Assembly (NCBI GenBank): GCA_965242695.1
Contig: CBDESU010000001.1
Coordinates: 288,001 to 352,000, forward strand
DNA: 64,000 nt
Reading direction: 5' to 3'
DNA from: Cenarchaeum sp.
GTDB taxonomy: Archaea; Thermoproteota; Nitrososphaeria; Nitrososphaerales; Nitrosopumilaceae
The position numbers and the translations under genes are program-made. The notes under the pieces were generated by a model, which worked only from the letters and a program-made list of their open reading frames with translations, ran no database searches and was not told the DNA's origin. Numbering within the stretch: position 1 is the first letter of the stretch; each line of letters begins with the position of its first letter. Below, piece by piece: positions 61,156-64,000 of the stretch.

Positions 61156-61719
61156 TCACTCAGCGGGGGGATCCCTGAGGCTGCGGCGGTACGCGTCGCG
61201 CGCAGGGAGGCTCCTCGACCTTCCCATCTCTACGAGGCGCGCCTTTTCGACATTGAGGCGGCCGGCGCGCCTCAGCGCGTTGATGCGGAACACCATCTCG
61301 GCGTACAGGCTGAAGGGAACCTCGTCGATCACCTCCTCGTCCGAAAAGGAGCCAAAGTCCAGGTACGCCCTGACGCTGCGAAGCGGCACGCCGAAGTCGC
61401 GGGCGTACGCCTCCTTGTAGTTTGTGATCTCGAACTTGTTGGACACCGCCCGGTTGAAGTCTGCCAGTATCTTGCAGGCGGCCCACCGCCGCCTCGTGCC
61501 GACCCGCCCGCCGGCGCGGGACGGCGCGTCGGCCTTCCGGGCCGCCTCGACGGCCTCGAGGTAGGATGCCTTGAACTCATTTATGTCGGTCAGGAAGGAT
61601 GCGCCCGCCGCTTCAAAGTCGCCAATATCCACGAACACCTCGACGCCCTCGCTGCCGCCGTCGGGCTCTTCGGTCGTCTCGATCCTGACGGGGATTTTGC
61701 TAGCCATGCCGGTCACCAC
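61156..61719 (-). CDS. Hypothetical protein in the dcm-GHKL operon
   Basis: Overlaps the upstream stop. Globular composition. Confidence 0.65.
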   Translation of the reverse strand: MVTGMASKIPVRIETTEEPDGGSEGVEVFVDIGDFEAAGASFLTDINEFKASYLEAVEAARKADAPSRAGGRVGTRRRWAACKILADFNRAVSNKFEITNYKEAYARDFGVPLRSVRAYLDFGSFSDEEVIDEVPFSLYAEMVFRINALRRAGRLNVEKARLVEMGRSRSLPARDAYRRSLRDPPAE

Positions 61720-63143
61720 ACATCCTCAGCCATGGTCAGCACCCTGTTCTGGATATCGAGGACCTCCTCGGCCCCCATCTCCCTCTTTGATGCCGCGTTT
61801 TTCAGCAGCACGGTGGTGACCACCATCAGAACGCGCTGGCTCCTTGCGGCCGTGACGCTTTTGTACTTTCTAAACAGCGGATGCTCAGTGTTTACGAGCA
61901 TGCGGCTAGACGCATCAAGCCACCCGTCACGCGGGTCGTTTGGCCTATTGACAAACGCTATGTACAGGGATCCACCGCCGCCCCTGCGTTTCCGTTCTCT
62001 CTGATCACCTGGCCGATCTCCTTGCCCCTCGGGACCGGTGCCCTCGCCGCCATTGCCGCCTGGCCCGCCTCTCTCCGCGCCTGCGCCGCCTGTCCCGGGG
62101 CCTTTCCCTGTTCCGCGCCCCCCGCCGGACCCCGGGTTCAGAAACGCAAAGTCGGGGTTCCTGAAGAGGTTGTCGAAAAAGCGCGTCAAGCCAGTCCTCT
62201 CCCACTTTTCAACCCCCGGATCCCTGACATACCCGGCCTTCTTCAGCTCCTCGAATATCCTGCGCCCCGACTCTTTGTATGCAGCCGCAACCGTGCCCGT
62301 GGGCTTGAATGCAGTCTTGCTCAGGTTAAGATGGCCGGATATGCGCGTTGCATCAACGTACGCGTGAACGCGCCTGGCATACGCTGGCGTTATATCTGCC
62401 ATCCAGTCCGGCTTCTTCGTGGTTATCACCTTGCCCGACACGTGGTACTGCAGGCCCTGTCTGTCGGGAGAGATGTCCGCCTTCGCCACCGTGAGCACAA
62501 CGGGTAGCCGCGCGCCCTTTACGGGGGCGGTAAACTTCTTTCGCATCTCGTGGCCCGGCATCCATGGCTCGACCTTGGCCCCGTTGACGTACACCCTCAG
62601 CCCCCCGTCAATTGCGGGGCCGAACACCTCTGCGATCAGGCGGGCGGCGGACTTGTCGAGGTCGCTGTAGTCGTCGGGCCTGAGCGTCACCCTGTACAGC
62701 GTCCCGCGCCTCTTGATGCTCGGCTCCACGTACCTGGCCTTGAGCTCGCCGCCGTCCACGTACATGTCGGACGCCCGGGGCGCGCGGCCGTCGGTCGTCT
62801 CCGTGTGTATGACGGTCTTGCCCCATGCGGCCAGGTACACCTTTGCCCCCACCCCCGCAAACCCGATCCCAGACCCCTTCGACTTGGACGACCTGGCGAT
62901 CACGTGGTAGTCCTCGAACTGCCTCTCGCTCATGGCCGGCCCGTCGTTGTGGAACGAGATGGACCGTGCCGCGCCGTCGAGCGACACGCGCACCGTCCTC
63001 GCCCCAACGTCGATGGCGTTGGCAATGGCCTCGGTCACCACCATCTCGGACGTCTTGTCGTACGCGTCTACGATGTCCTTGAGCGCATGCAGCGCGTCTA
63101 TCCTCATGACGAACTCGCGTCCCGCCTGAGCCAACGCGGTCAC
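61713..63143 (-). CDS. GHKL/HATPase_c_3 ATPase (about 476 aa, no obvious nuclease tail)
   Basis: EAIANAID, HNDGPAMS, GIGFAGVGAK, GTLYRV. GTG overlaps the dcm stop. Confidence 0.82.
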   Translation of the reverse strand: MTALAQAGREFVMRIDALHALKDIVDAYDKTSEMVVTEAIANAIDVGARTVRVSLDGAARSISFHNDGPAMSERQFEDYHVIARSSKSKGSGIGFAGVGAKVYLAAWGKTVIHTETTDGRAPRASDMYVDGGELKARYVEPSIKRRGTLYRVTLRPDDYSDLDKSAARLIAEVFGPAIDGGLRVYVNGAKVEPWMPGHEMRKKFTAPVKGARLPVVLTVAKADISPDRQGLQYHVSGKVITTKKPDWMADITPAYARRVHAYVDATRISGHLNLSKTAFKPTGTVAAAYKESGRRIFEELKKAGYVRDPGVEKWERTGLTRFFDNLFRNPDFAFLNPGSGGGRGTGKGPGTGGAGAERGGPGGNGGEGTGPEGQGDRPGDQRERKRRGGGGSLYIAFVNRPNDPRDGWLDASSRMLVNTEHPLFRKYKSVTAARSQRVLMVVTTVLLKNAASKREMGAEEVLDIQNRVLTMAEDVW

Positions 63144-64000
63144 CGCCGTCCCCTGCCCCCGTTCCGGCGCCGCGCCGCCCCGGGCGCGGCGGTGGCCACC
63201 GCCATGTGGGCATGCAGGTGGTCCAGGACCGCCTCGCCGACCCTCCTCGCAAGCCACACGGGCACGGCGTCGGAGACCTGCTGCTGCATGTCGCTCATCC
63301 CGCCGCGGAACTTGAACCCGTCGGGAAACGTCTGTATCCTCGCGGCCTCCCTTACGGACAGGAGGCGGTCCTGGTGCGGGTGGATGATCATCGCCTTCCT
63401 GAAGTTGGTGATCGTGACGGACGGCCGGTTCCCACGAAGCCTCTTGTAGATCATGCTGTGGACCATCTCGAGCCTGGAGTACTTGCCGCCGACCTTCATC
63501 ATCTCTTCCGGTATGTCGTTCCAGTTGCCGCCCGGGGGCACCCTCCTCATCCTCTCCGTCACCAGCGGGGTGTTGCGCGTGACGACATGGTTTGCGATGC
63601 GGCCTCGCCTGCCGCGCATGGACCTGGTGAACGGGGTCCCCTCGCCAGGCAGGTAGCGCGCATCGTCGGATCCCGCGCTGCCCGGCTCGATGGGAGGCAG
63701 GTCGCATATGGCGTCGTCCAGGGTAGTGTACGGCGCAAGGCCGGCGTAGGACCCGATGCCGCCGGGCGCGCCGTGGGTCGGCCTCGGCTTTTCGATCCCG
63801 ATTTCGAACTTGGATCCCACTATGAACGCTCGCCTCCTCGCCTGGGGCACGCCGTAGTCCGCCGCGTTGAGCAGCCACGGCTCGGCGTTGCCGTACCCCA
63901 TGCGGCGGAACGACGAGATCAGCGACCTTGCCACCTCCCCGCCCTGCATGCCGAGCAGTCCCGGCACGTTCTCCATGATGAACGCAGCCGGGTTGGCGCG
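63140..64000 (-). CDS. dcm: C5-cytosine DNA methyltransferase (5' part outside window)
   Basis: MENVPGL, LNAADYGVPQARRR, IHPHQDRLLSVREAARIQTFPD, DAVP. Confidence 0.9.
   Translation of the reverse strand, partial: RANPAAFIMENVPGLLGMQGGEVARSLISSFRRMGYGNAEPWLLNAADYGVPQARRRAFIVGSKFEIGIEKPRPTHGAPGGIGSYAGLAPYTTLDDAICDLPPIEPGSAGSDDARYLPGEGTPFTRSMRGRRGRIANHVVTRNTPLVTERMRRVPPGGNWNDIPEEMMKVGGKYSRLEMVHSMIYKRLRGNRPSVTITNFRKAMIIHPHQDRLLSVREAARIQTFPDGFKFRGGMSDMQQQVSDAVPVWLARRVGEAVLDHLHAHMAVATAAPGAARRRNGGRGRR

Overview
Very GC-rich archaeal DNA. TATA-like boxes sit about 25-30 bp upstream of leaderless starts, and a TFB homologue and a CxxC Zn-finger family typical of Nitrososphaerota are present, so the most likely source is a high-GC Nitrosopumilaceae/Cenarchaeum-like thaumarchaeote (inference). 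About 1.9-51 kb looks like an integrated DNA-transfer element. It combines T4SS-type genes (VirB6-like, VirB3/PrgI-like, VirB4 ATPase, and a VirD4-like coupling ATPase fused to a C-terminal PD-(D/E)xK-like domain) with a type IV pilus set (VirB11/TadA ATPase, TadC/GspF platform, pilin-like proteins, A24 peptidase-like protein), large surface proteins and its own TFB/ParB-like/Zn-finger operon. Interspersed cargo includes a type II R-M pair, a HEPN-TPR gene, an ADP-ribosyltransferase-like gene, an AAA_14/DUF4143 ATPase and a giant repeat adhesin. Both flanks carry GHKL(MORC-like) ATPase genes; the right flank also has two C5 methyltransferases, Vsr and a DUF2075 helicase-like gene. Two genes are frameshifted at poly-G tracts, which could be phase variation or homopolymer error. 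I saw no integrase, canonical relaxase, tRNA, rRNA or CRISPR array. All family calls come from visual motif recognition, not database searches.
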